DNA of 64,000 bases from Scenedesmus sp. PABB004 (taxonomy: Eukaryota): contig JABVCE010000023.1 in NCBI GenBank assembly GCA_014905635.1, forward strand, positions 62,001 to 126,000, read 5' to 3'. Each line of letters opens with the position of its first letter. Positions within the stretch are counted from its first letter, which is position 1. This document shows, in pieces, positions 49,783 to 60,457 of the stretch. The translations under genes and the position numbers were made by a program. A model generated the notes under the pieces. It was given only the letters and a program-made list of their open reading frames with translations. It did no database searches and was not told where the DNA came from.

Positions 49783-50771
49783 TCACGCCACGCCGTAGAC
49801 CTCCTGGCGCGCCCACGCCAGCTGGCCGTCCCCGGACGGTAGCAAAGCAGCCAGCGCGCCGCGGCCACGGGCGGCCCGCCGCCGGCGGCGCCAGGCATGA
49901 GCGCGCCGGCCTCAATCACGGCATGCCGGCCCGCCGCCAGGCAGGCGGCGAGGTCGGCCGGCGCGCGTGTGTAGCCGCCGCTCGAGTACCAGCGCTCGGT
50001 GGCGCCGCCGCCGCCGGCCCCGCGCGGCGTCAGGTCGGCCCAGGTGCAGCGCGGCACGTCGCGGCGCAGCAGGTGGCCGCCCGCGTCGTCGTAGCTGAAC
50101 TCCACAGCCACGCCGGGCAGGTCGCCGCGCTCCAGCCGCGTGAGCAGCGCGCTGCGGCGCGGCGGGCGGGCGCCGGGCGCCCTCGGCGGCGGCGGGCAGG
50201 CCGGCGCGCGCGCCCGTGCTGGCCGGCCGGCGCGCCCCAGCGCGCACGCACTCTGCGCCGTCCCCGCCGGCCGGGGGCGGCGCCGTGCGCTCGCCGCCCG
50301 GCCGCAGCTCCGCCTCCAGGTCGGTCAGCATCGTCAGCCGCAGGCTGGTGTGGTGCACGTGCTCCAGCGGCGCGGCGCCGCCGGCGCCAGGCGGGACCGA
50401 CCACTGCAGGTTCCAGCCCCAGCGCCGCCCCACGCCCGGCACGAGCGAGGGGTGCTGCGCACGCACGCGCGTGCGGCAGCGGCGGGGCGTCCGCGGCGCG
50501 CAGCGTCAACGGGGCGTGCCGCGCCCTGCGCGCTGCGGCTATGTGCTGCAGCGCCTGGCCTCGGCGGCGCCGCGCGCCCACCTTGATGTATAGGTTGGCA
50601 ATGAACGGCGGCTGCGGGCTCGCCGCGCCGCCGCCGCCCCGGGCGCCGTGAGCGCCGCCGGCAGGCGCGCGGGCGCCATCGCAAAGCCGTTTGCGTCGGC
50701 CGCCCACAGGCGCAGCGCGGCCGCGGGGCTCTGCCCCGCGGCGCCCTCCGGCCCGGGCAGGCACGGCTGCA

Positions 50772-50810
<39 letters not shown>

Positions 50811-51496
50811 TTGCGGCGGCGTGGCCGCCGGCGCGCGCATGCCGTGCCCGGCCTGGGGCGCGCCGTGCTGCGCCTGCTGCGCCGCGCTGCGCCGCGCTGC
50901 GCCTGCTGCGCACGCTCACGCTGAAGAACGGGTCGCCCACACTGAACTGGTTGGTCGCCCGCAGCACCTCGCCGCCCCCGCCGCCGCCGCCGCCGCCGCC
51001 GTCGCGCGCGCCGCCGCTGCCGCACTCGGCGATGGGCGTGGGGGCCGCGTCGCGCGCCTCCATCACGTGCACCGTGAGCGCGCCGCCGCCGGGCGAGGGC
51101 GCAAAGGCGTAGGCGCTCTGGCCCGTGTGCACGAGCGCCCACTCGCCGTCGCCCCCAGGCGGCGGCGCCCAGCGCTCCCAGCGGCCGCCGTAGCCGGCCA
51201 CGCCGCTGCGGCAGCGGTCGGCCGCAATCGGCGGTCGGCCGGCCGGCAGCGACGGGCGGCCGCGGCAGCGACGGGCGGCGGCGTGCGGCCGTGGTCTTCG
51301 CCGCGCACCTCCCGGGAAGCTCAGGCATGTTCAGTGATGAGGCGTCAAACGTCTCCTGCGCCGTGACGGCGCGCGGCGCGGCGGCGGCGACGGCGCGCGC
51401 GAGCCGCGGGCGGCAGCGCTGCGCGCGCGCCACCGCGGCGCCGCAGCGCCCGCCCGCGCGCGTGCTTGGTCTGGTAGCTACTGGGGCGGGCGCCAT
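49783..51496 (-). CDS. Hypothetical protein with a chloroplast-transit-like N-terminus and beta-rich domain (weak DUF3598-like resemblance), 5 exons, two apparent 1-nt deletions
   Basis: Exons MAPAPVATR.. | GVAGYGGRWERW.. | PCLPG..FIANLYIK | HPSLVPGVGRRWGWNLQW.. | ..IEAGALMP..RWLLCYRPGDGQLAWARQEVYGVA*. This reading needs one extra base at 50637-50640 and at 49830-49833. Confidence 0.5.
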
Positions 51497-51717
51497 GGCG
51501 CGGGGGTGTGGCGCGGCAGGGGCGCGGGCTGTCTGCGCCGTCGCGCGCCGCTTGCCGCGCAAACGCTCGAACCGCGGCGGCCGCAGAGCCCGCCCCGCGA
51601 TGCTCTACGCGTCAGCGTGCATTCCCCTCGGAACGCGCTCCCCCGATCCGCGCCGCGACGCCCGGACTCGAACTCGAAACGCCTGCAGCAGCCCGGCAAC
51701 GCGTCCAGCACTCCGAC

Positions 51718-52779
51718 ATGGCCCTGCCCGCCCACCCGGCCGCGCCCGCCGCGGTGCGCAGCGCAGACGCACACGGCAGTGCCGGCGGCGGGCAGCGGCG
51801 GCGGCGCGGGCAGCGGCGGACGCTGCTGACGCGCAGCGCCGCCCGCGCGGCGCGCGCAGGGCCTGCGGGGGCGGCGCGCCAGTCCCCTGTCGCAGCTGCG
51901 GGCGCAGGGCCTGCTGGCCGCGGCGCGGCCGCGGCCGCTGCCCCGGCGCGCCGCGCTGCCGGCGCGCGCCGAGGGCGGCAGCGGCGCTGGCGCGCCCGCG
52001 TCCGCCGCGAGCGCGCCGGCGGCGGGCTTCCGCGGCACCGCGGTCGTCGTCGGCGCGGGGCCGGCCGGCGCGACCGCGGCGATGTTCCTCGCGGACGCGG
52101 GCTTCCGGTGCGCGCCGGCGCGAGTGCGCCGCCCGGCGCGCGAGGGCTGGCTATCCCCAGGTCTCGCCCCGAGCCCGCGCGCCCGCGCGCCGCAGGGTGC
52201 ACGTGCTGGAGCGGCGGGGCCACCCGGGGCGCGTCGAGGCGGACAGGCGGCGCACGTACCTGATCGGCCTGGGTGCGCGCGGCGCGGCGCGACGCGGCGC
52301 GGCGGGGCCCGAGGGCGCGTCGCGACCCGCCGCCGCTGACGACAACGGCGACGCCGCGGGCGCGCAGGCGAGCGGGGGCTGCGCGCGCTGGACGCGCTGG
52401 GGCTGTCGGTGCCGCTCGACGTGGGGCGGCCGATGCGGGGCAGCGTGTACGCCTACAAGAGCGGGCAGCGCGTGGAGGACCCCTTCACGCCAGACACCCG
52501 CATCGGTGCGGCCTGGGGCGCGGCCCGCGGCGCGTGTGGCTCGGCGCGAGCCGCGGCCCGGCCGCCGCGCGCCCACCGCGCCGCCGCCGGCGCCGCCGCC
52601 GCCGCCGCTGCGCCGCGCGCAGTCGGCGTGGACCGGCAGGGCCTCGCCGCGTTCCTCGTCGCGGCGGCTGCGGCGCGGCACCCCGACGCTGTCAGCTTCC
52701 ACTGGGGCGCCGCGCCGGACGCGATCGACCTGTGCGCCAGGACGCTGACGTGGACGCGCGGTGGCGCGCCCGACGGCGC

Positions 52780-52810
<31 letters not shown>

Positions 52811-54679
52811 GGCCAGCAGGACTCCGCGGCGGTGGACGACGGCGGCGGCGGCGGCGGCGACGGCGGCACGCTGGCGTACGACCTGCTGGTCGGCGCCGAC
52901 GGCGCGGGCAGCGCCGTGCGCGGCGCGATGCTCGGTGCGCTGCCGGGCATGTCGGTGACGCGGCTGCGCTCGCCCGTGGCCGAGCTGGAGTACAAGGCCT
53001 TCCATGGCCTGCCCTGGAACGACGACATCGCCGCGCTGCTCCCGCGCTACGCGCCGCCCCCGCCGCCGCGCGGGCAGGAGGGCGCTGACACCGCCGCCGC
53101 CGCCGCCGGGTGCGCGCGCGGGCCCGCGGCGCGTCGCCCCGGGCGCATGCAGTGGCAGCAGCCGCGCCGCGCCGCGCCGAGGCGCCGCGCCGCGGCCGCG
53201 CAGGCCCGCCAACGCGTGCGGCGGGGCGGACCCGGGCATGACCTTTTTCGCGTTCAACAACCCCCAGCCGGGGCGGCCCAGCCCGGGCAGCATCACGCTC
53301 TACCTCAACGCAGGCAGGGCTCAGCAGCAGGGCTCAGCAGGGCTCAGCGGCAGGGCTTAGGGGCTCCAGGGTTTGGGGCCGCGCCGAGCCGGCGGCGGGG
53401 CGCCGCCTCCTGCGCCGCGCCGCGACGCCGCCCCGCGCGCGCGCGGGCCGCACGCCCGCGCCGCCGCCGCCGCCGCCGCCGCCGCAGCCGGCACCTGGAG
53501 CGGCACGGTCTATCAGCCGCCCGGCCGCTACGCGGCCATGGCCGGCGACGCTGCGGCGCACGAGGCGGCGGTGCGCGAGTTCACGCCGCCGGGGTTCCCC
53601 GAGGCCTGGGTGCCAGCGATGGCGCGCCAGATGGCGAGCATCGGCCCCAGCAGGCGCGCGCGGGGCGGGTCGCAGGCGCGCACGGGGCGGGCGGGGGCCT
53701 GGCCGGCGCCGGCGGCGGGCGGGGCGGGGCGCCGCGCGCCGCGCTGGCGCGACCCAGCCCGCCGCCGCCGCCGCCGCTGCCGCCGCCGCTGCCGCGCCGG
53801 GCGCGCAGAATCAACCCCATGCAGCTGGTCAGCCAGCTGGCGGCGCCGCAGCTGGGCGTCGTCCTGCTGGGCGACGCGGGTGGGCGGCCCGGCCGCTGAG
53901 GCGCGGCGCGGCGCGGCCCGCGGCGCGGCCCGTGGCGCGGCGCCCTCACGCGGCGCCGCCGACGCCGACGCTGCGCCGCGCGCGCGCGGGCAGGCCACAA
54001 CGTGACGCCGCAGATGGGTCAGGGCTGCAACAGCGCCCTGGAGGACGCCGCGCTGCTGGGTGACGCGCTGCGCCGCGCCGACTACGACACCGCGGCCGCG
54101 CTCGAGAGCTTCCAGCGCCGCCGCATGCCGCAGGTGGGCGCGGGGGCCGGCGGCCGCCGCTCCGCCGCGCCGCGCGGCGCCGCGAGGGTGCTGCTCGTGC
54201 CCGCTGCTCGCACGCGGCGGCGCGCAGGTGCACGCGCTGCAGCGCATGGAGGAGGAGAACAGCTGGGTGCGGCGCCCCGCCGACCTGCTGCGCGACCCGC
54301 CGGCCAAGACCCTGGCGCGCGTGGTGCGCGGGCGGGCGCCGCCGCCGCGTGGCCCGGCCGCCGTGCACGGCCGGCCTGCCCCGGCAGCGCGCGCGCGCGA
54401 TCTGCCGCCGCAATGCGCCGCCGCACTGCACCGCCGCTGCAGGCGTGGGTGAGCTTCTTCTGCTTGCTGCCGCTGGCGCGGCTGGTGCCGGGCCTGCGAC
54501 GGGCTGTGCACGCGAGCCTGTTTCAGACCATCATGTCAACGACTGTAGGCTACGACCGGCTGCACGCCGCGATCCGCGCCGCGCCGGCGGCGCTCGCGGC
54601 GCTCGTGTGGGCGCTGGTCAGCGCCGGGGGCTGGCTGGCCGCGCGCGCGTGGGCGCTGGCCGCGGCGGCGCTCGCGTGA
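51718..54679 (+). CDS. FAD-dependent monooxygenase (group A; kynurenine 3-monooxygenase-like), 11 exons
   Basis: VVVGAGPAG, VHVLERR, YDLLVGADGAGSAVR, VVLLGDAGHNVTPQMGQGCNSALEDA and a C-terminal hydrophobic segment. GC donors at 53314 and 53654. Confidence 0.9.
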
Positions 54680-54739
54680 CGCGCCGCGGCGGCGCTGCGC
54701 GGGGGCGAGCGCGGGACGCGCGGCGGCGCGTGTGAAATC

Positions 54740-54841
54740 GGGGCCGTGCACTGCGTGCCAGCCCGCCAGCTGGCGCTGCGCAGCTCGCCCGCCGCGCTGC
54801 TCGCGGCACGCCGCGCTGGGCGCCGCCGCCGGGGCCGTTCG
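54740..54841 (+). repeat. Left copy of a ~100-bp inverted repeat (partner at 60458-60561)
   Basis: 54751-54801 is identical to the reverse complement of 60500-60550; the flanks align with few mismatches or indels. Confidence 0.93.
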
Positions 54842-54928
54842 CCCGCGGCCGCCGGCAGCAGCTGGCAGTGTGCTGGGCAGCGGCCCTGCGCGAGCTGTTG
54901 TTGTTCTTGCTGAGGGAGATGGACGTTT

Positions 54929-54962
54929 AACACTGGTAACACTGGTAACACACTGGTAACAC
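54929..54962 (+). repeat. Three tandem copies of (A)ACACTGGTA
   Basis: AACACTGGTAACACTGGTAACACACTGGTAACAC is directly visible. Confidence 0.85.
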
Positions 54963-56870
54963 CACCAGATGTGCAGAGTGCGCTGTGCGCTGGCAGGCCT
55001 CTGCGGCCGCAGCGTGTCCTCGCCAGAGACCAGGGCTGCAGTGTGCAGGGTGCAGGAGGGGGGGGGGGGGGGTCGCGCGCGCGCGTCAGGCCTGGCCGCG
55101 CGCCCCCCGTGGTTGGTTTGTATTCGTCGTCGTCGGAAGATGCATCGCGCTGCGTGTGACGGGTGTTGTTCGGTCACGCCGGCCAGTCAGCCAGCAGCAG
55201 CCCCTCTCAAGGGCCGCGTGCGCAAGGGGACGCCGCGTGCGCAAGGGGACGCGCAAGGGGACGGAGGCCGCCGCCGCGCTGGGCAGGCACAACAACAACA
55301 CGCGCGTTCTCAAGCGAGGTGCATGCAGTGCGGTCCGCATAAATCGCACGCTCCTCCGTACTCGCGGCGCCGCCTCCGCTCCGCCCGCGACGGACGCGCG
55401 CGTCAACAACAACAACCATCCCGCCTCGACGGCGACGAGCAGGGGGTGGGGGGAGGGGGACGGGCGCCCCCTCCCCGCTTATTCGGCGCCGGCCATCGAC
55501 GGCGCGTGGTCGCGGGGGCCCCAGCCCCGTGCACACAGAGAGCGGAGAGAGACCATGCACCGCACCCCGCGGCACCCGCAGCAGGAGCAGAGGAGACGCA
55601 GCAGGAGCAGAAGAAGAAACACACACAGCGACCACCCAGCCTGCGACGCCCCGGAGGGAGGGCCTGTTGCCGCCGCCGCCGCCCCAACAAAAAAGGGCGA
55701 GCCCGCAACTCGGCCGCCCAAAGGGGTGATCACAGCGTGCATGATCGAGGTGGGGTTGAGGAGGTTAGGATTGAAATGCGCGAAATCCGCTGCTGCTCCT
55801 TATTCGGCAGCAGCGCGGCGCGTGAGGCGCGCGCGGCGTGGCTTGTAGACGCACAGCTGCCCCCGAGGGGCGCCTCCCGTCGCGTGCCGCAGCGGCGCGC
55901 CCCTCGATCGCCCCTTGATCGCCCCTTGATCAAAACAGCAGCGTTCGCGTGCGAGCGGCTGATTTCAATACTCGTACTCGAGCGTGTGGTGTGCCACGAA
56001 GTGATGAGCCGCCGGCAACGTGGCTGCACCCCGGCGTGTGTGTACGCCAACGCCAACGCAAGCGGAGCCCAAAGGCAAGTGGAGCCCAAACCCAGGCGTG
56101 GCAGTAGTGCGCGCCGCGCCGCGGCGGCGTGCGCGCCAGTCCTGCGCGCGCACGCTGGCCGGGCGCTGGCGGGCTGCCGCGCCCCGTGCGCGGCTGCGCA
56201 CGCCTTGGACGCGCATAACTCGGCACACATCGGCAGGCCCTGCGGCCGGCACTGCGGGCCCCTTTTGGGCAGATTCGGAAGGGCACACGCCCGACTGCTC
56301 GGAGCTCAGAACTCAGAGCTAAGAGCTCAAGAGCGCGCGCACGCTGAGCAATCGCTCCTACACGCACACGGCTGGGCGCTTGCACACGGATGAGGGGGCA
56401 CACTTGAGTGGAGTGCTGTGGAAGGCATAGGTGCTGGTGCGGCTGCTTGGCTGCAGCACACGCGCAGCACTTGTGAGGGGACGGCAGGCCAAGTGAGCCG
56501 CGCCCGGCGGCTCACGGCGCAACGCCGCGAGAGCTATGAGAGTGCACCGCGGCCGGCGGCGTGGTGCACCGGCTGCGCGCGCCCGCCGCGCGGCGGGAGA
56601 GGGGGCGAGAGGTGGTGGCAAGTGAGCGGGAAAAGGTGGGTGGGCGGTGGCGCCAGCCGCGACGACCACGAGTGGGTGGCAGTGCGCAGGCAAGCACAGC
56701 TCGCGGGGTGCTGCTGGTCGCACTCACAAACGGCACTCACAAACGGCAGTCAATCGGCACAGTGCTCAGCAAACTGGGAAGCATATGCGCCCCCTGGCGC
56801 CCCGCTAACCCCTCCGAAGGAGTGCAGACGCGCCGGGCCGCCCGAAAGTGCGCCAAACCGCTGTCACGGG

Positions 56871-59759
56871 TCACACCAACGGCAGGAGCTGCATCAGCTC
56901 GTTTTGGAGGTCCATCTGCATCTGCTGCACCTGCATGAGCTGCTGCAGCTTGCCCTGCAGCTGCGTCTGCAGCTGCGTCGCGGCCGCGGGGTCAGAGCCT
57001 GGGCTGGGCTGCACGCTGAGCTGCTGCTGCTGCTGCCCCGGCGCAGCGAGCAGAGGCAGCTGCCCCGATGAGCCGCCGCCGCTGCCAGTGGCACTGCCGC
57101 CCACCAGCACAAGGCCGGGCTGATCCAGGTGGCTAAAGCTGCCGTGGGCCTGGGCGAAGCTGCCCTGCGCCGGGGTGAAGCTGCCCTGCGCCGGGGTGAA
57201 GCTGCCCGCGCCCTGGGCCTGGGTGAAGCTGCCCCCGCCCTGCACCTGGGTGAAGCTGCCCCCGCCCTGGGCCTGCGTGAAGCTGCCCGCGCCCTGGGCC
57301 TGCGTGAAGCTGCCCCCGCCCTGGCCCTGCGTGAAGCTGCCCGCGCCCTGGGCCTGCGTGAAGCTGCCCGCGCCCTGCGGCGCCAGCTGCAGCTCGCCGG
57401 CACCGGCGCCGGCGCCGCCGCCCGCGCCCAGCTGCTGCAGCAGGGCCTCAATGTCTTGGATTTGCTGCTCCAGCGCGCGCGCCTCGTGCAGCTGGCGCAG
57501 CTGGTGCGCCTGCAGCTGCTGCGACAGCGCCTCCTCGTCGGGGGCCGCGTCCTCTGGGATTGGGCAGCTGATGCTGCTGGCAGCCAGCGTTATTCCGGCG
57601 TGCCCGCCCCCGTCGTGGCCGAGCGGCAGCGCGCTGCTGCTGGCGCCGCCGCGGCCCAGGCCCGCGGCCAGCAGGCCCTGCTGCTGCATGCGCCCCGGCC
57701 CGCCCAGGCCCAGCGCCGCCTGGCCGGCTGGCGGCAGCGGCTGCTGCTCGCCGCCGAGGCCCTGCAGCTGCTGCAGGCTGAAGGTGTTGCGGCTGGTGAA
57801 CGACATGCCGCTCGGCGCCACCCCCGCGCCGGCGCCGCTGCCGGGCGCGCCAAACGCCTGCGCGGCCTGCAGCGCCTGCGACAGGTTGGAGCGGGCGCTG
57901 CTGCGCTCGACGCTGAAGCGGCTGTCGCCGCTGAGGCGGCTGTCCACGCTGTGCCGGCTCCGGCTGCCGCTCCAGGCGCTGCTGGTGCTGGTGCTCATGC
58001 TGCTGCTGGCCTGGCTCTGCCCCAGCTGCAGCTGGGTCAGCAGCGACTGCAGCTGCGCGCTGTCCAGGTTGTGGCCGCCCACGACGGCCATGCCCTGGCG
58101 GCCAGTGCTGAAGCTGCCCTGCTGCGTCGAGAAGCTGCCGCCGCCGCCGCCGCCCGGCGGGCCGGTGAAGGACTGCAGGAACGAGCCGGCGCGGCTGCCC
58201 ACCACGCTCTCCTCGCCCGTCCACCAGACGTCGCCCTCGGCAAAGCTGTCGACGCGCCGCAGCCCCGGCCGGTAGCTCTCGCCCGACGGCCGGCTCAGGG
58301 GGTTGCTGGCGGCGCCGAGGAACTCGTGCCCTGGCCGGCCCACGCTGCCGCTGGCGCCGCCGGTGGGGCTGCGGCCGCGGCTGATGGCGAGGCCCTGCAG
58401 CAGCTGGAGCTGGCTCGCGGTCAGCGGCTGCTGCGAGTGGCGCGGCAGCGGCGGCGGCGAGGCGACCGAGCCCCGCCCCGCCGCCTGGTGCGCCTGGTGC
58501 GCCTGGTGCGCCTGGTGCGCCTGGTGCGCCTGGTGCGCCTGGTGCGCCTGGTGCGCCTGCTGGCCGCCAGCGTCCACCGGCGCGCAGTGGTGCCACACGG
58601 TCGCGGCGGGCACGCTCTCGTCTTCATTGATGAGGCAGAGCGTGGCGACGGGCGGGCTCCTGCCGGCAGCCCACGCCGCCGCGTCGCCCGGCTGCGCCAG
58701 CCCGGCGGCGGCGGCGGCGCCCGCGGCGCTCGCGGCCTGGTAGAGGTCCGGCCCGGGGCTGGCCAGCGAGGTGGAGAGCTCGTTGGGCGCCGACCCCACC
58801 GGCGTCCGGCCGGCGGCCAGCGCGGCAGCGGCGCTGCCCATGCCGGGGCGCAGGCGCGGCGCCACCATCGGAAGCGGCTCGCTGCGCGACAGCATGTTGG
58901 CGCTGCGCTGCTGCTGCCACCGCTGCTGCTCATGGTGCTGCTGCCACTGCGCCACAATGCCGTCCGCCAGGCTGGGCATGCCCGCCGGCGTGCTGCCCAG
59001 CGACGCGCCCAGCGACGCGCCCGCCAGCGCCGCCTCGAGCTCGCCCCCCGGGCTCGCGCCGGCAACGCCGCGCGGCCCGGGCCCGCTGGCGCTGCCGAAC
59101 CGCGGAACCGCCACCGCCGCGCTGCCGCCTTGCTGCGCCTCGCGCGGGCCGCCGCCGGCGCCGCCGGGCATGCTGCTCGGGCGGCCGGGGCTGCCCGCCG
59201 CCAGGCCGCCGGCGCCGCCGGCGCCGCCCAGCCCGCCGTCGCCCGGGCCGCTGCTGGCAGCGCGGTGCGGCCGGTGGAGGAGCGCGTGCTGCGTCGCCGG
59301 ACCGCTGAAGCTCTGGCAGCTGCGCGCCGACTCGAGGCTGCGCCGCCGAAGCTGCTGCGGCGGCAGCGAGTGCTGCGACAGCGCGTGCTGCGGCGCGGGC
59401 GGCGGCGTGCCGCCGCTGCTGCTGCGCCGCGGCGCGCGCAGCACGCCATCTGGCGGCGCGGCCGGCGGCGGGCTGCCCGCGCTCGCCGGGCGCGGCGGCT
59501 GGTGCTGCTGCTGCTCCGCCGGCCCGCGCGCCGGTGACGGCGGCGCGCTCGCCGCGCCGCCCGGCGCGTCGGCTCCGTCGTCAGCCGCGGCGGCGGCGGC
59601 CTTGGCCCTGCGCGAGCGCCGTCGGTGGGCGAAGCGGCCCACCCGGGTGCTCGCTGATTTCGCTGCTGCCACGGCCTGCGTGACGACCGCCGGCAGGAAG
59701 ACGCCCGTGCCCTGCAGCGGCGGGCGCTGTCCCGACCCGGAGCCGCCGGCCTCGGCCAT
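56871..59759 (-). CDS. Hypothetical intrinsically disordered Gly/Ala/Ser/Gln-rich protein (about 962 aa) with an N-terminal GTGVFLP motif and no coding intron
   Basis: Uninterrupted ORF with coding-like composition from ATG 59759. It contains QAH and GxGSFTQAQ repeats and ends in a helical segment LQQLMQVQQMQMDLQNELMQLLPLV*. Confidence 0.75.
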   Translation of the reverse strand: MAEAGGSGSGQRPPLQGTGVFLPAVVTQAVAAAKSASTRVGRFAHRRRSRRAKAAAAAADDGADAPGGAASAPPSPARGPAEQQQHQPPRPASAGSPPPAAPPDGVLRAPRRSSSGGTPPPAPQHALSQHSLPPQQLRRRSLESARSCQSFSGPATQHALLHRPHRAASSGPGDGGLGGAGGAGGLAAGSPGRPSSMPGGAGGGPREAQQGGSAAVAVPRFGSASGPGPRGVAGASPGGELEAALAGASLGASLGSTPAGMPSLADGIVAQWQQHHEQQRWQQQRSANMLSRSEPLPMVAPRLRPGMGSAAAALAAGRTPVGSAPNELSTSLASPGPDLYQAASAAGAAAAAGLAQPGDAAAWAAGRSPPVATLCLINEDESVPAATVWHHCAPVDAGGQQAHQAHQAHQAHQAHQAHQAHQAHQAAGRGSVASPPPLPRHSQQPLTASQLQLLQGLAISRGRSPTGGASGSVGRPGHEFLGAASNPLSRPSGESYRPGLRRVDSFAEGDVWWTGEESVVGSRAGSFLQSFTGPPGGGGGGSFSTQQGSFSTGRQGMAVVGGHNLDSAQLQSLLTQLQLGQSQASSSMSTSTSSAWSGSRSRHSVDSRLSGDSRFSVERSSARSNLSQALQAAQAFGAPGSGAGAGVAPSGMSFTSRNTFSLQQLQGLGGEQQPLPPAGQAALGLGGPGRMQQQGLLAAGLGRGGASSSALPLGHDGGGHAGITLAASSISCPIPEDAAPDEEALSQQLQAHQLRQLHEARALEQQIQDIEALLQQLGAGGGAGAGAGELQLAPQGAGSFTQAQGAGSFTQGQGGGSFTQAQGAGSFTQAQGGGSFTQVQGGGSFTQAQGAGSFTPAQGSFTPAQGSFAQAHGSFSHLDQPGLVLVGGSATGSGGGSSGQLPLLAAPGQQQQQLSVQPSPGSDPAAATQLQTQLQGKLQQLMQVQQMQMDLQNELMQLLPLV

Positions 59760-59761
59760 GC

Positions 59762-59879
59762 CTGCGGCGCGAGGCGCGCAAGGGTGAGGCATGGGGCGCG
59801 TGCCCGGCACAGCGCCGCGGCCAGGGCGTCCCAGGCTCTGGCGCCGCGGCGATCGGCGCCCCAGCTCGTTGCCGCTCAC
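59762..59879 (-). other. Putative 5'-UTR intron of the disordered-protein gene
   Basis: CAG|GTGAG donor at 59879 and CCGCAG acceptor two bases before the ATG. Confidence 0.55.
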
Positions 59880-60040
59880 CTGGCGCCCCAGCGGCCGCGC
59901 AGGGCCGGGGGGCCGCCCGCGAGGGCCGAGGCGGTGGGTAGGTGGCCCCCTCGCTCCTCGCCCGCGCCCACGCCGCTCAGACGATGTTTTACTCGCCGCG
60001 CCCGTCTCCTAGACGCTGCCGGGACGCGATTGCCGGCGAA

Positions 60041-60050
60041 TTTATATAAA
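60041..60050. promoter_or_regulatory. Palindromic TATA box TTTATATAAA
   Basis: A rare pure A/T stretch in very GC-rich DNA, about 160 nt upstream of the putative 5'-UTR donor. Confidence 0.6.
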
Positions 60051-60457
60051 ATGGCGACGGCGTTGCTCCTCGCCGCCGCACGCGCCCAGTCGCAGCTGCC
60101 CCTTCGCGCCCTGTCTCAGATCGCGGTGGGCGCGCTGTGTGTCGCCACCCACGGCCGCGGGCGGCGGCCGTGGGTGGCGACAGGAGCGGCGCGACCTACG
60201 CGCGCAGTCTGGTGACCTTCCCGCAGCGCCTCCCTGGCGCGGCGCGGCCACCGCGGACGGCGCGCCCCGCAAGTTGCCACAGCTTCCCGGGTCGCCGCCG
60301 CCGCGCCGCGGTCGGGGCTGCGCGCGAGGGCAGCTCGCAGTGAGAACATCCGCGTCTTGGCTACGGGCTTGGCTGTGCATTGGGCCGTCGATAAGTGAGC
60401 TCCCCCACGTGATCGGCACCGCCGCGCAGCACGCCGCGTGCGGCGAGCGCGCGCGAA

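Noticed and set aside
54680..54841. SECIS element or UGA read-through suggested by frequent TGA stops and a 3'-UTR hairpin
   Set aside because: No AUGA/GA quartet or apical AA motif, and no in-frame TGA at a conserved Cys position; TGA preference follows from GC bias.
59608..59643. Possible tiny intron near the start of the disordered-protein ORF
   Set aside because: About 35 nt is far shorter than the other introns here, and the frame is open without it.
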